58,829 bases of DNA from Candidatus Calescibacterium sp. (GCA_032249135.1 JAVVGL010000013.1:1-58829); one strand, 5' to 3'. Numbered from the stretch's first letter, positions 40,160-50,188 are shown. Numbers and translations are program-made. The notes: generated by a model not told the origin, from the letters alone.

Positions 40160-41629
40160 ATGACTGAGTACGAAATAAGATATAATAAGCTTAAAAGGCT
40201 TGTTCAGGCAGGTCTTGACCCATATAAGCAGAAGTTTAGACCAACTTATTCTTCAGCAAAAATAAAGGAGGAATTTCAATATTTAAATCAAGGGGAACAT
40301 AGTGTAGATAAGTCTGTTTCGGTTTCTGGAAGAGTCTTAACTATAAGAGATTTCGGCGGTTCAGTCTTTTTTCATATTTTAGATCATGCTGGCACTATAC
40401 AGGCATTTATTGAGAAAAAATATAGTCAAGAACTTTTAAATTTTTTCAAAGAGTTTGTTGATTCTGGGGATATAGTAGGAATTGAAGGAACAGTTTTCAG
40501 AACAAAAAAAGGAGAAATAACGATTTATGTTAATTCTTTGAAGATTTTAGCGAAATCTCTTCATCCTCTACCTGAAAAGTGGCATGGACTAAAGGATGTT
40601 GAGGCGCGTTTCAGAGCTCGGTATCTTGACCTTATAATGAATCCCGATGTTAGAGAAATTTTCATAAAGAGGCACAAAATAATAAACTTTATAAGAAATT
40701 TTCTTATTGATAGGGGATTTATTGAGGTTGAGACACCAATTTTACAGCCTGTCCCATCAGGTGCGGTCGCTCGCCCGTTTAAAACTTACCATAATGAACT
40801 TGAAGTAGAGCTTTTCCTCAGAATAGCTCCTGAACTCTATCTCAAAAGGTTAATAATAGGAGGATTTGATAAAGTTTTTGAGATCGGGAAAAATTTAAGA
40901 AATGAAGGCGTGTCCTCTCACCACAATCCCGAGTTTTCTATGCTTGAACTCTATCAGGCTTACTCAGATTACAACGATCTTATGAAACTTACGGAGGAGC
41001 TTTTCTCACAAGTTTGTCAGATTATTAACGGAAAACTCACAGTAAAGAGAGGAGAAGAAGAGATAGAGTTTTCTGTTCCATTTCCGCGACTTAGTATAAA
41101 AGATGAATTTATAAAACATTCAGGAATACCAGAAAATAAAATAAAGGATGAGAGTTTTCTGAGAAAAGTTCTGAAAGACAAAATGAAAATTGAGGACGAT
41201 ACGGACTGGGGAAACATAGTTTTAGAATATTTTGAAACTTTTGTAGCAGATAAAATTAAAGCTCCTACATTTGTGATAGATTTTCCTACTTCAACATCTC
41301 CCCTTGCCAAAAGAAAAGAAGATGACCCGGATTTTACAGAAAGATTTGAACTTTATGTCTTTGGAATGGAAGTCGCAAATGCTTTTTCTGAACTTTCTGA
41401 CCCGGAGGATCAAAGAAAAAGATTTGAGGAACAAATAAAAATAAGGAGAATGAAAGAACTCCTTGAAGACATGGATTGGGATTTTGTAAGGGCTCTGGAA
41501 TATGGTATGCCTCCTACGGCAGGGGAGGGTATAGGTATTGATAGATTGGTTATGTTGATAACCGGTGCTACGACGATAAAGGAAGTCATACTTTTCCCAA
41601 CTTTGAAGCCGGAAAAAATTAAGGAATAA
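40160..41629 (+). CDS. lysS: Lysine--tRNA ligase (class II)
   Basis: LPEKWHGL, RYLDL, EVETP, LRIAPELYLKRL, RNEG, HNPEF, ALEYGMPPTAGEGIGIDRL. Confidence 0.97.
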   Translation: MTEYEIRYNKLKRLVQAGLDPYKQKFRPTYSSAKIKEEFQYLNQGEHSVDKSVSVSGRVLTIRDFGGSVFFHILDHAGTIQAFIEKKYSQELLNFFKEFVDSGDIVGIEGTVFRTKKGEITIYVNSLKILAKSLHPLPEKWHGLKDVEARFRARYLDLIMNPDVREIFIKRHKIINFIRNFLIDRGFIEVETPILQPVPSGAVARPFKTYHNELEVELFLRIAPELYLKRLIIGGFDKVFEIGKNLRNEGVSSHHNPEFSMLELYQAYSDYNDLMKLTEELFSQVCQIINGKLTVKRGEEEIEFSVPFPRLSIKDEFIKHSGIPENKIKDESFLRKVLKDKMKIEDDTDWGNIVLEYFETFVADKIKAPTFVIDFPTSTSPLAKRKEDDPDFTERFELYVFGMEVANAFSELSDPEDQRKRFEEQIKIRRMKELLEDMDWDFVRALEYGMPPTAGEGIGIDRLVMLITGATTIKEVILFPTLKPEKIKE

Positions 41630-41630
41630 C

Positions 41631-42989
41631 ATGAAAATTTTTTATATGAGGGAAATTCTTCTTCAAATCTTTGTCGGTTATATTGTTTTGCTCCATTTAT
41701 TAATTTCATGTTCAACTACTGAAAAAGAAAAAGATAAGCGTACGGATATTTTTAGAACCCAAGGTATGTTTATTTTGACACCTGATGACGAAAAAATTTT
41801 GTTGAGAGGAGTTAATATATCTCATACGGCAAAGTTTTCGTATGCTCCTTGGGTTGGAGAGGAGGAGTTAAGAGTTTTAGCAGAAAGGTTTGGTTTGAAT
41901 TTTGTTCGTCTTACCATTTTTTGGAAAAACATAGAACCCGAGAGAGGAAGGTATGATATTCAATACATCGAAAAAATAAGGCAAGTAATTCGTTGGTGTG
42001 AAAAGCATTCTGTATATGTTATGTTAGATATGCATCAAGATTTGTTTGGATTTCAGGCTCATGGAGAGGGTAGTGGCATGCCGGATTGGGCAAGAGATAA
42101 TGAATGCCCTTCTTTCAAAAACCTTTCTCCATGGTTTGCAAATTATTTAGATGATTCTATTTCTTGCCAATTTGATTCTTTTTGGAAAAACAAAAATTCA
42201 GTTCTTTCTGATTTTATTAAGGCGTGGGTTTTAGTTGTAAAGGAACTTGGTCAAGAAAAAGCTGTTATTGGTTTTGATGTGATCAACGAACCTTGGCCAG
42301 GTTCCTACTGGAAAGACGATGAAAGTCGCAAATACTGGGAACAAAATATTTTGACTAAATTTTATAACCAAATAATAAAGGAGATAAGGAAATATTCTGA
42401 AAAAATAATCTTTTATGAGACTCATCCTCTTTCAGATTTTGGAGCTCCTGTAAATATTTTGAAGCCGGAGGGAGAAAATTTAGCCTATGCTCCACACATA
42501 TATACTATTACTGGAACTGTGGGACAAGCTGGTACGAGTTGGAATCAAGAAATAGATCTTACCTTTTCTAATCATTATACACACGCTCAAAAGTATAATG
42601 TGCCTATTGTTGTTGGTGAGTATGGAATAGGTTATGAGCATCCTCTTGCTGCTGAAATTTCAAGGTATTTTATAGATAAGTTTGATGAGAATTTTGTAGG
42701 TTCAGCTATTTGGTCATTTGATAAAGCTCCTTATTACGATCTTGCTACTATTGATGAATATTTAAATCCTCTTACAAATTTTGCTCCTGTAATAAGACCG
42801 TACCCTGAAAAAGTGAAAGGAGAAATTTTAGAAATTGATTACGATAAAGATAAATTGAAGATAAAGGCGCGAGGCGATTATATAATTTTTTCTTGCCCTC
42901 AAATTAAGCCTTGTTTCGGAGATAAAATAGGAAAGATAAAATTCGAACTTGACAGAAATAACCCTATTGATGTTGAAATCAGATTTTGA
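41631..42989 (+). CDS. GH5 glycoside hydrolase lipoprotein, endoglycoceramidase-like
   Basis: Lipobox LISC; LRGVN, LDMHQD, GMPDWA, INEP (acid/base), YAPHIY, VGEYG (nucleophile), RPYP. Confidence 0.82.
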   Translation: MKIFYMREILLQIFVGYIVLLHLLISCSTTEKEKDKRTDIFRTQGMFILTPDDEKILLRGVNISHTAKFSYAPWVGEEELRVLAERFGLNFVRLTIFWKNIEPERGRYDIQYIEKIRQVIRWCEKHSVYVMLDMHQDLFGFQAHGEGSGMPDWARDNECPSFKNLSPWFANYLDDSISCQFDSFWKNKNSVLSDFIKAWVLVVKELGQEKAVIGFDVINEPWPGSYWKDDESRKYWEQNILTKFYNQIIKEIRKYSEKIIFYETHPLSDFGAPVNILKPEGENLAYAPHIYTITGTVGQAGTSWNQEIDLTFSNHYTHAQKYNVPIVVGEYGIGYEHPLAAEISRYFIDKFDENFVGSAIWSFDKAPYYDLATIDEYLNPLTNFAPVIRPYPEKVKGEILEIDYDKDKLKIKARGDYIIFSCPQIKPCFGDKIGKIKFELDRNNPIDVEIRF

Positions 42990-43026
42990 GGTTTTTGAGA
43001 TTTTGAGGTGTTTGGAAATATAAACT

Positions 43027-44223
43027 TTACTCATATATGAATTTTTGAGGATTGTATTCAAGAGGAGCTCTTGCTCCAAACTCTGTGTGAAATGTTCCGG
43101 GACAAAATAGCTTTACTTTTTTATCATCTATTTCTATTTCTATTTCAGCAGATTCAATTTCACTATTGTGGCAGAAAGCATTTTCTCCATCTGGATCTTC
43201 GTAGGTAGCCACGATGAAGTTGTTTTTTTCTCCCTTCATAACAAGGTTAAAATTCATTTTTTTTGATCTTACTTCCCATCTTATGCTATCTCCGTATTCC
43301 CATTTTGCCGAGTTGAATAAAATATCTCTGAAATTATTGAAGTCAAAATTTTTACCTTTGTATCTCAGAGAAAATAAGGTCATGGGTGGAAGGATAATCG
43401 GTCCTCGTTTAGCAACAACTGTTAAACCTTCAAAGAATGAGTCTTCTAACATTTCGCCATTTTCATCTAATATTGCGTTGCAGTGCCCCCATACCCATCT
43501 AAAAGCATGTTTTGTTCCCCATATGTGCGTTTGGTATCCTTTCCCATCTACCTTTATATCGTGGATTTGTGATTGCGTTTCTAAATTCTTTACCTTTATA
43601 TATCCTTTGAGTTTAAGGTCTGGATTTGGTGATAGAACTTCTGTTTCAAGAGGTAGATAATAAGCTGCTTCGGGTAGGTGTTTATAGACATATCCTGTTG
43701 GTTCAAACTCTATTTCCCACTCTGTAAGGATGTTTCTTACATTTATTTTGCCTTTTAACTTTTTTTCTGCAATTTCGTTTTCTTCTCCTATTTTTACAAG
43801 AAAGTTCTTGTTTATATTGTGGAAAGCTGAAAGCGGAAATTTTCTACATACTCCTAATGGTTTTTCACCTTTTTTGAATACTGCGCACCAAACTCCACTC
43901 CAACTATTATACCCGTCTTCCGAAACATTCAAGGTATATCTTAGGAAGAACAGGTTTGAATTTTTCATACTCATCTGGATATAGATAAGGTTGATGAGAT
44001 GAATCAAAGAAAATGAATGAGAAAAACGGTTTTGTATAGAAAAAAAAGCTATACCCAAATTAGGTGCAAAGAAATTTGAGACAAATGGAATAAATTTGAA
44101 GATAAAAGAATTTTCGCTATATTGCAAGTTGGGTAAAGAGATGAACATCAAAAGAATCATATTCATAAGAGCAATAAATATAAAAGAATAAAATCTCATC
44201 ATGAATGAATTTTCATACCACAA
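43027..44223 (-). CDS. Tocopherol cyclase-like beta-barrel protein (start uncertain)
   Basis: FLRYTL, GYQTHIWGTKHAFRWVWGHCN, FFEG, YEDPDG...CHNSE. Confidence 0.6.
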   Translation of the reverse strand: MWYENSFMMRFYSFIFIALMNMILLMFISLPNLQYSENSFIFKFIPFVSNFFAPNLGIAFFSIQNRFSHSFSLIHLINLIYIQMSMKNSNLFFLRYTLNVSEDGYNSWSGVWCAVFKKGEKPLGVCRKFPLSAFHNINKNFLVKIGEENEIAEKKLKGKINVRNILTEWEIEFEPTGYVYKHLPEAAYYLPLETEVLSPNPDLKLKGYIKVKNLETQSQIHDIKVDGKGYQTHIWGTKHAFRWVWGHCNAILDENGEMLEDSFFEGLTVVAKRGPIILPPMTLFSLRYKGKNFDFNNFRDILFNSAKWEYGDSIRWEVRSKKMNFNLVMKGEKNNFIVATYEDPDGENAFCHNSEIESAEIEIEIDDKKVKLFCPGTFHTEFGARAPLEYNPQKFIYE

Positions 44224-44304
44224 ATAATATATAGATCCAAAGATAAAAATTTCTGTTTATTAATAAAATTGGTTTGACTTACAAAAAATAATGCCTCATA
44301 GAAA

Positions 44305-45414
44305 ATGAGGATTCTTTATGATATAACGCCAATCTTTATCCAAAGAGTGAATGGAGCAAAAAGACATATTTATGAGATAGCTAAAAACATGCTAAAAATC
44401 GCCCCTGAGCATGAGTATATTTTTAGCATAAGACGAAGCAAGTGGAAATTCATTAAAGAAAATAAGAATTCCCCTATTGCATACAATATACTGCAGCTTA
44501 AAGCTAAAATAATAAAGCTATATAGCTTTTCATTTTCCTCCAGAATATTAAATCTATCTTGGGAACCACATTATGTGTGGTTAAATAATGATGTAGATAT
44601 ATATCATGCTAACTTCAAAGTGTACAAAACATTTCCAAAAAAACCAAAAAAAACGATCTTGACTTTACACGACCTAAATCCTATTCTGTTTTCAGAAGAC
44701 CCAAAAGTGAAGAGAAAGAAAATGTCCTTAACAAAGAAAGTAATAGATATTGCAGATGTGGTTATAACTGTTTCAAATTTCTCCAAAAGGCAAATTTGTG
44801 AAACTTTCAATATACCCGAAAGCAAAGTAAAAGTAGTATATAATGGATGTGGGGATGAATTTCATAGAAAAAGCGAAGAAGAAGTCAATAAGGTATTAAA
44901 TAAATTTGAAATTAAAAAACCATATATCCTCTTTATAATATCAAGCAAAAAAGATGAAAAACATATCGTAGATTTTGCAGAAAAAATATCCGAAAAGTCT
45001 GGATTCCAAGTCGTTATAACTGGGGATAAGCCTCATACTAAAAGCAAAATCAAATCATTAGGATATGTAAGCAATGAGGAACTTGCTGCACTTTACAGCG
45101 GAGCTTTCTGCCACATTTTGCCAGATATAAGGGAAGGATTTGGATTAACAGTTTTGGAAGCTCTAAAATGTGGTTGCCCAGTAATAACCCATCCAAACTC
45201 CCCTATGGAAGAGATAGCAAAAGATTCAGCTTTATATGCACAAACACCAGATGAAGTAATAAGTCTAATAAAATTACTTGAGAAAAATAGTGTGAGAGAA
45301 AAAATTATAGAAAAAGGAATTGAAAGAGCCAAAGAGTTCACATGGGAAAGAGCAGCAAAAGAAGTTCTAAATATCTACGAAGAATTAATTGGACAACATA
45401 ATAGAGAAGATTAA
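44305..45414 (+). CDS. Glycosyltransferase family 4
   Basis: TLHDL, ITVSNFSK, VVYNG, EGFGLTVLEALKCG, FTWE. Confidence 0.9.
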   Translation: MRILYDITPIFIQRVNGAKRHIYEIAKNMLKIAPEHEYIFSIRRSKWKFIKENKNSPIAYNILQLKAKIIKLYSFSFSSRILNLSWEPHYVWLNNDVDIYHANFKVYKTFPKKPKKTILTLHDLNPILFSEDPKVKRKKMSLTKKVIDIADVVITVSNFSKRQICETFNIPESKVKVVYNGCGDEFHRKSEEEVNKVLNKFEIKKPYILFIISSKKDEKHIVDFAEKISEKSGFQVVITGDKPHTKSKIKSLGYVSNEELAALYSGAFCHILPDIREGFGLTVLEALKCGCPVITHPNSPMEEIAKDSALYAQTPDEVISLIKLLEKNSVREKIIEKGIERAKEFTWERAAKEVLNIYEELIGQHNRED

Positions 45415-45450
45415 TTATTGAAAGATTAATCATTACCTGATATTCATAAC

Positions 45451-46536
45451 TTGCAAAAAATTCAGCATATGGTAGGTGATAATAACGAAATAAGAATCTT
45501 GAATGTATCAGCTTCTGGGAAAGGGGGTTTAGAGGTATTTGCGAATGAACTTGAAAAAGAACTGAGTGAAGAATTCAACATAACAACTATAAAACACGAA
45601 AATATCTCTAATATTATACCATATCTTTTGAGAAGTGATATAGCTATATTGCATAGACTGAGATTAATAAAAAAGCTAATCATATTCTTCCCTTTTATCA
45701 GAGATAAGAAGATAATAGTCTTCAACCATGGAAAGGTCAGCTGGAAGAAAGATATCTTCCATGCAATATTATATTCAAGAGTAAATAAGTTTATCGCTAT
45801 ATGCGAAAGGATGGCAGAAAGTATGCGAAAAAACTGGGCAGTTGATCCCCAAAAAATTATAACAATATATCTTGGTGTAGACGAGAAAAAATTTTCTTTT
45901 TCCCCAGAATTAAGACAATATATAAGAGAAAAACTAAAAATAGAAAAAGATGAAATTGTTTTCGGAGTAGTCGGAAAGATTGAAAAGAGAAAGAATCAAG
46001 AATTAATAATAAAAGCTGTATCAGGTTCTGAAAATCTGAAAAACGAGAGAATAAAAATGGTATTTGTTGGAGAAGCAGTAGATGAAAATTACTACAAAAA
46101 AGTCCTGAAAAGTGTAAGAGAAAAAGGGCTTGAGAACAAAGTAGTTTTTCTACCTTTCACGGAGGAAATAAATAAAATCTACAACGCTTTTGATTTTCTT
46201 GTTATAACATCAAAAAGGGAACCCTTTGGACTCGTAGGTCTTGAAGCGCTTGCTACCAAAATCCCTGTAATAGCTCCTGACGAGGCAGGAGTATCAGAGG
46301 TTTTGGAAGATGGTAAAGACTCTTTCATATATAAAACAAACAACGAAAAAAGTCTTGCAGAAAAAATTGAAACCGCTCTCGGAACCTCAGAGGAAAAAAG
46401 AAAAATGATGGGAGAATACGGAAGAAGAAAAATTGAAGAGAAATTCACAATGAAAAGATGTGCATCAGATATAAAAAAAGTAATTTACGAACTTATTTCT
46501 TCCTCCCCAAAGAATAAGGCCAAGGTTCTGGAATAG
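45451..46536 (+). CDS. Glycosyltransferase family 4
   Basis: GGLE, IYLGVD, KRKNQ, EPFGLVGLEAL; start may be ATG 45469. Confidence 0.9.
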   Translation: MQKIQHMVGDNNEIRILNVSASGKGGLEVFANELEKELSEEFNITTIKHENISNIIPYLLRSDIAILHRLRLIKKLIIFFPFIRDKKIIVFNHGKVSWKKDIFHAILYSRVNKFIAICERMAESMRKNWAVDPQKIITIYLGVDEKKFSFSPELRQYIREKLKIEKDEIVFGVVGKIEKRKNQELIIKAVSGSENLKNERIKMVFVGEAVDENYYKKVLKSVREKGLENKVVFLPFTEEINKIYNAFDFLVITSKREPFGLVGLEALATKIPVIAPDEAGVSEVLEDGKDSFIYKTNNEKSLAEKIETALGTSEEKRKMMGEYGRRKIEEKFTMKRCASDIKKVIYELISSSPKNKAKVLE

Positions 46537-46900
46537 CTAAAAACATAAGAGCAGACGACATCAACCCCATGTTCTTCAAAAAATGAATCATATGCATCAT
46601 TCTCATCTGAGCATCTTGTTCAGCCCAGAAGTTGTGCATAATAAAAGTGACTGGTAAAAAGAAAACAACCAAACTCAAAACTCCAAGATATGGCAAAAAA
46701 CCAGTAAGTATTGTGATACCCCCAACGAGCAACAAAATCCCTGAAACAATAACACTAAGTTCAGGTAGTGGAACTCCTTTTGATGCTGTCCACTGAGCCA
46801 TTTGTTTCAACTGGGTAAAATGATTTAATCCCGCGCTAATATAGTAAAGACCTAAAATAATCCTTCCTATCAAAAAGAGAATATTTTTTACTTTCTCCAC
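46493..46900 (-). CDS. DoxX family membrane protein
   Basis: LIGRIILG..Y...GLNH, HNFW, HFLKNMGL; AAAGGAGGTG RBS. Confidence 0.9.
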   Translation of the reverse strand: MEKVKNILFLIGRIILGLYYISAGLNHFTQLKQMAQWTASKGVPLPELSVIVSGILLLVGGITILTGFLPYLGVLSLVVFFLPVTFIMHNFWAEQDAQMRMMHMIHFLKNMGLMSSALMFLAIPEPWPYSLGRKK

Positions 46901-46941
46901 AATTTTTCACCTCCTTTCTTAAAAAATTACTTTTGGAGAAA

Positions 46942-47154
46942 TTAACCTTCTTCAATTTTTTCTAATTTTACTTTATATCTTTTACCATCTTCATAAATAT
47001 AAAGTTCATCGTCTTTTTCATCTCTTGTTTGCTTATGCCTACCTGAACAGTAAGGCGGATTATCAGTAAGCCCACATCTACATATCCACACACTCTCCCC
47101 TCCTACTTTTATTTCAACAGGAGATTTATCTTTTCTTATCACAACCCTTGCCAT
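46942..47154 (-). CDS. CDGSH iron-sulfur domain protein
   Basis: WICRCGLTDNPPYCSGRH (3Cys-1His); AAGGAGGTG RBS. Confidence 0.9.
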   Translation of the reverse strand: MARVVIRKDKSPVEIKVGGESVWICRCGLTDNPPYCSGRHKQTRDEKDDELYIYEDGKRYKVKLEKIEEG

Positions 47155-47195
47155 TTTTTTACACCTCCTTTTTTATTTTTTGTTATGCAAAGATA

Positions 47196-47237
47196 ATTTT
47201 ATCATTCCAAGCTTTGATTTCAGTGATATATATCACA
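47196..47237 (-). promoter_or_regulatory. CRP/FNR-type box (TGTGA-TATATA-TCACT, 47237-47222) plus extended -10 (TGATAAAAT, 47204-47196) upstream of CDGSH-DoxX
   Basis: 9 of 10 half-site matches to TGTGA-N6-TCACA; centre about -41 from the start implied by the -10. Confidence 0.7.
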
Positions 47238-47811
47238 ATTTATCTTCAGACCTACTATCAAAGAAATTGAGATGAACTACAATTTTTCTTCTTGATATTT
47301 TAACTTCACCGTCTTGCTCCATAAATTTCAATATTTTAGATGTACATTCTCTTGAAGCTCCTAAGAAAGAAGAAAGCTCTTGATGAGATAAATTGAGTTC
47401 AACAAATCCATTTTTCCTTCTTCCTAATCTTTCTGCGAGATAAAGGATTGTGGGTTTTATTCTTTGTTCAAGTGGTAAAAGAACAAACTCCTTTATTCTC
47501 TTTTTGAGGAAAGAGTTCCTCTTTGAAAGAGCAGAAATTAAACCCACTGCTACTCTATTTTTTAAATCTTTTAATCCCCATTTTGGTATGAATATTAATT
47601 CGCAATCTTCAAAAACTTCTGCAAATTCTTCAACTTCACCATCCAAACTCCCAAAAACATCATTTTTGATTAAGACTTCAAGCGAAAACTCTTTGCCATC
47701 TTGACTTAAAAAATATGTTCTAACTTTACCATGTTTGATAACAAAAATTCCTTCTATATCATCCCCAGGTTTATATATTATTTCACCTTTTTTTAACTTG
47801 AACGTTCTCAC
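47233..47811 (-). CDS. Crp/Fnr family transcriptional regulator
   Basis: cNMP-binding-fold pattern (KKGEIIY.PGD, G.VR...S.DGKE, FG); HTH LSHQELSSFLGASRECTSKIL. Confidence 0.9.
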   Translation of the reverse strand: MRTFKLKKGEIIYKPGDDIEGIFVIKHGKVRTYFLSQDGKEFSLEVLIKNDVFGSLDGEVEEFAEVFEDCELIFIPKWGLKDLKNRVAVGLISALSKRNSFLKKRIKEFVLLPLEQRIKPTILYLAERLGRRKNGFVELNLSHQELSSFLGASRECTSKILKFMEQDGEVKISRRKIVVHLNFFDSRSEDKL

Positions 47812-47874
47812 TTTTAATATTATAATTAAAGTTCAAAAGAGAGAAGGTCCAAAAAGTAAAATATTTATTGGCAG

Positions 47875-48435
47875 ATGAAAAATCAAAACAGCAAGATATA
47901 TCCTTTTGCGCTTGTGATGATGCTTTTTATACCTATTTCAAAGGCAAAAGGAGAATATTCTATGTATTTGATAGGGGAAAGTTTCATATGGGAACAGGAC
48001 GAGGATGTGAGTGGGAGAAGGAAAAAATCAGGGTATTCTTTATGGTATAGGAGCACTGGGAAAATGGAATCTATATTCTAACCTTACTTTCAAAATCATT
48101 ACCGAAACCAAAGGGAACAGGTTTGATAGAAATATCAAAATTCTCATGATTAGAGAGTTTGATCAGGATGTTGAATTCCTAATGATTAGAGTATCAGGCG
48201 ATATAGGTTATAAGTTCAAAATAATTGATTCTTTATTGTTGGACCCTTTTTTGGTTTTGGTTATAGACGATGGTTGAGAGATTTGTTTGTTATCCTTTCA
48301 ATTTTCTCACTCATAGACATAATCAGAGAAATTGCTGCGTATAAGAAATTAAACCTTTTTTGGCTTTCCATTCTAATAACAATCAGTATATTCTATCTTA
48401 CGATAAAATATTTAAAAAAGAAAAAGAAAATCTAA
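47875..48435 (+). pseudogene. Degraded outer-membrane beta-barrel gene remnant
   Basis: Signal peptide + ESFIWEQ...KSG / ILYGIG ... GDIGYKF...DPF / FGFGYRRWLRDL readable only across frameshifts near 48031 and 48247-48252. Confidence 0.5.
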
Positions 48436-48455
48436 CGATCACTTTGGTAATTTGA

Positions 48456-49709
48456 TCAGTTTCTACTTTCATCTCTTTTATTTGTAAATATCCGAAAAAC
48501 AAAAATAAGTAAAAAAGCTGGCAAGGCAGGTAAAGACACAATAAACCAGAATTTTCTGGGATCATGATGAAACAAATCAAATACGAATCCACCAAAATAC
48601 TTTCCAACAGACCATCCAATAGCTTCAGAAAACTCAAAAAATCCAAGATATGTACCCTTTTTATCTTTTGGAGCAAAATTCATTGCCAAATCCATAGAGA
48701 ATGTCTGAAAAATTATCTCTCCCAAAGTTAAAATAAAAACACAAAAAGAATACCAAGCAAAACTTTGATAAAACCCAAAAAAGTTGAAAGCAACAACATA
48801 AAGTAAAAGCCCCAAAAATACTGCTGAAATTTTTCTACTACTGATATTATTATTGTTAATCGCTTCTTCTCCGATTTTTATATCATCATTTATGAAAAAC
48901 TTCATTATGAACTTTACAAGAGGTATTTGCAAAATTATGACGAAAAATCCGTTCTCAGTGAAGAAAAAACCTATTTGACGATTTGAAAAATTTTGGGCTT
49001 TGGCTATTATAGGCAACGAATTTAAAAACTGAGATATAATAACTCCACCAAAAAATACAAATAATAGAAGAATTAAAAATTGAGCATCAAGAATGGGCGA
49101 AAAAACATCCTTGAACGAAATTTTTTCACCAAGATTTCGTGATTTTGCAATCTCCCCATCTATCTTATTTTTTATCTTTATTACAAAAATCAAAAGAACA
49201 AAAGATAAAATCCCCGATATCAAGAACAAAAGAGGAAATGAAAATTCGGAAATAAAACCTCCCAAAAGAGGTCCAACTGAAAAACCTATGTTTATTCCAA
49301 CTCTTACGATACTAAGAGCACGAGTTAAATCAAGCTCACGGAAGTATAAACTTATTATTGAATTAGAAGATGTGATGAGGAATGAAAAGGCAGCGGAATT
49401 GAGCAAAAGCAACGGGAAAAACCAAATCAAACCAAAATCATAATACATAAAAACTGCAATCATAACCAGAGCAAATCCCCTCAAAAAAATACCAAAAATG
49501 AGAACTCGTGATGGACCAAAAATATCAGAAAGTAAACCGGAAGGAATCCTCATAGCAGAGCCTACTATTGTTGATATACCTGTGATCAGCCCTACATAAG
49601 CCATGCTATATCCTCTTTCAAAAAAGTAAATGTTGAGAAAAGACAAGGATATGGCAAATATAGCTGCTGAAATTCCCCTTATGATTGCGATATCTTTCGC
49701 GACAATCAC
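48456..49709 (-). CDS. MFS transporter
   Basis: GLLSDIFG motif A, NIGFSVGPLLGG, NG..VIILQ, LGE, APKDKKGTYLG; about 12 TM helices. Confidence 0.9.
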   Translation of the reverse strand: MIVAKDIAIIRGISAAIFAISLSFLNIYFFERGYSMAYVGLITGISTIVGSAMRIPSGLLSDIFGPSRVLIFGIFLRGFALVMIAVFMYYDFGLIWFFPLLLLNSAAFSFLITSSNSIISLYFRELDLTRALSIVRVGINIGFSVGPLLGGFISEFSFPLLFLISGILSFVLLIFVIKIKNKIDGEIAKSRNLGEKISFKDVFSPILDAQFLILLLFVFFGGVIISQFLNSLPIIAKAQNFSNRQIGFFFTENGFFVIILQIPLVKFIMKFFINDDIKIGEEAINNNNISSRKISAVFLGLLLYVVAFNFFGFYQSFAWYSFCVFILTLGEIIFQTFSMDLAMNFAPKDKKGTYLGFFEFSEAIGWSVGKYFGGFVFDLFHHDPRKFWFIVSLPALPAFLLIFVFRIFTNKRDESRN

Positions 49710-49730
49710 TTTAAACTATAATTTTTCTTC

Positions 49731-50042
49731 TCAACTCTCATCATCCTCAAAAATTTCAAAATCAATTCTCTTTTCCTCTTCTGATATTATGTTCATTACA
49801 TCTTTTAAAACTTCAAGGCGAATCTTATCTTCTTTTGTTATTTTGCTCTTAGATTCTATTTCATCTATAATTTTAGCTATTCTCAATTTTATTCTTGCAG
49901 TTGTACTTCTTTCACTTGCTCTCACAAAATCTATAAACTTCTTCACAGCTTTTTCAAACAAATTCGGGTTCAAACCTATATTTTGTAGAATATTAGATAA
50001 AAATTTCCAAAGCTTTTCTATATCAGATACAGAAAGACGCAT
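49731..50042 (-). CDS. Hypothetical protein
   Basis: 103-aa ORF with typical charged composition, upstream of the MFS gene. Confidence 0.55.
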   Translation of the reverse strand: MRLSVSDIEKLWKFLSNILQNIGLNPNLFEKAVKKFIDFVRASERSTTARIKLRIAKIIDEIESKSKITKEDKIRLEVLKDVMNIISEEEKRIDFEIFEDDES

Positions 50043-50188
50043 ACGAACCTTTTTACTTTTAAAAATTTTTATCTTCTGTTGTGAATTTACAAAACAAAGC
50101 TAAAATAGAAAAAGGAATAAGGAGAAAAAATAAAAACATAAACGGGCTCACTAAACTTGATTTTCAAATTATAAAATGAAAATTAAAT

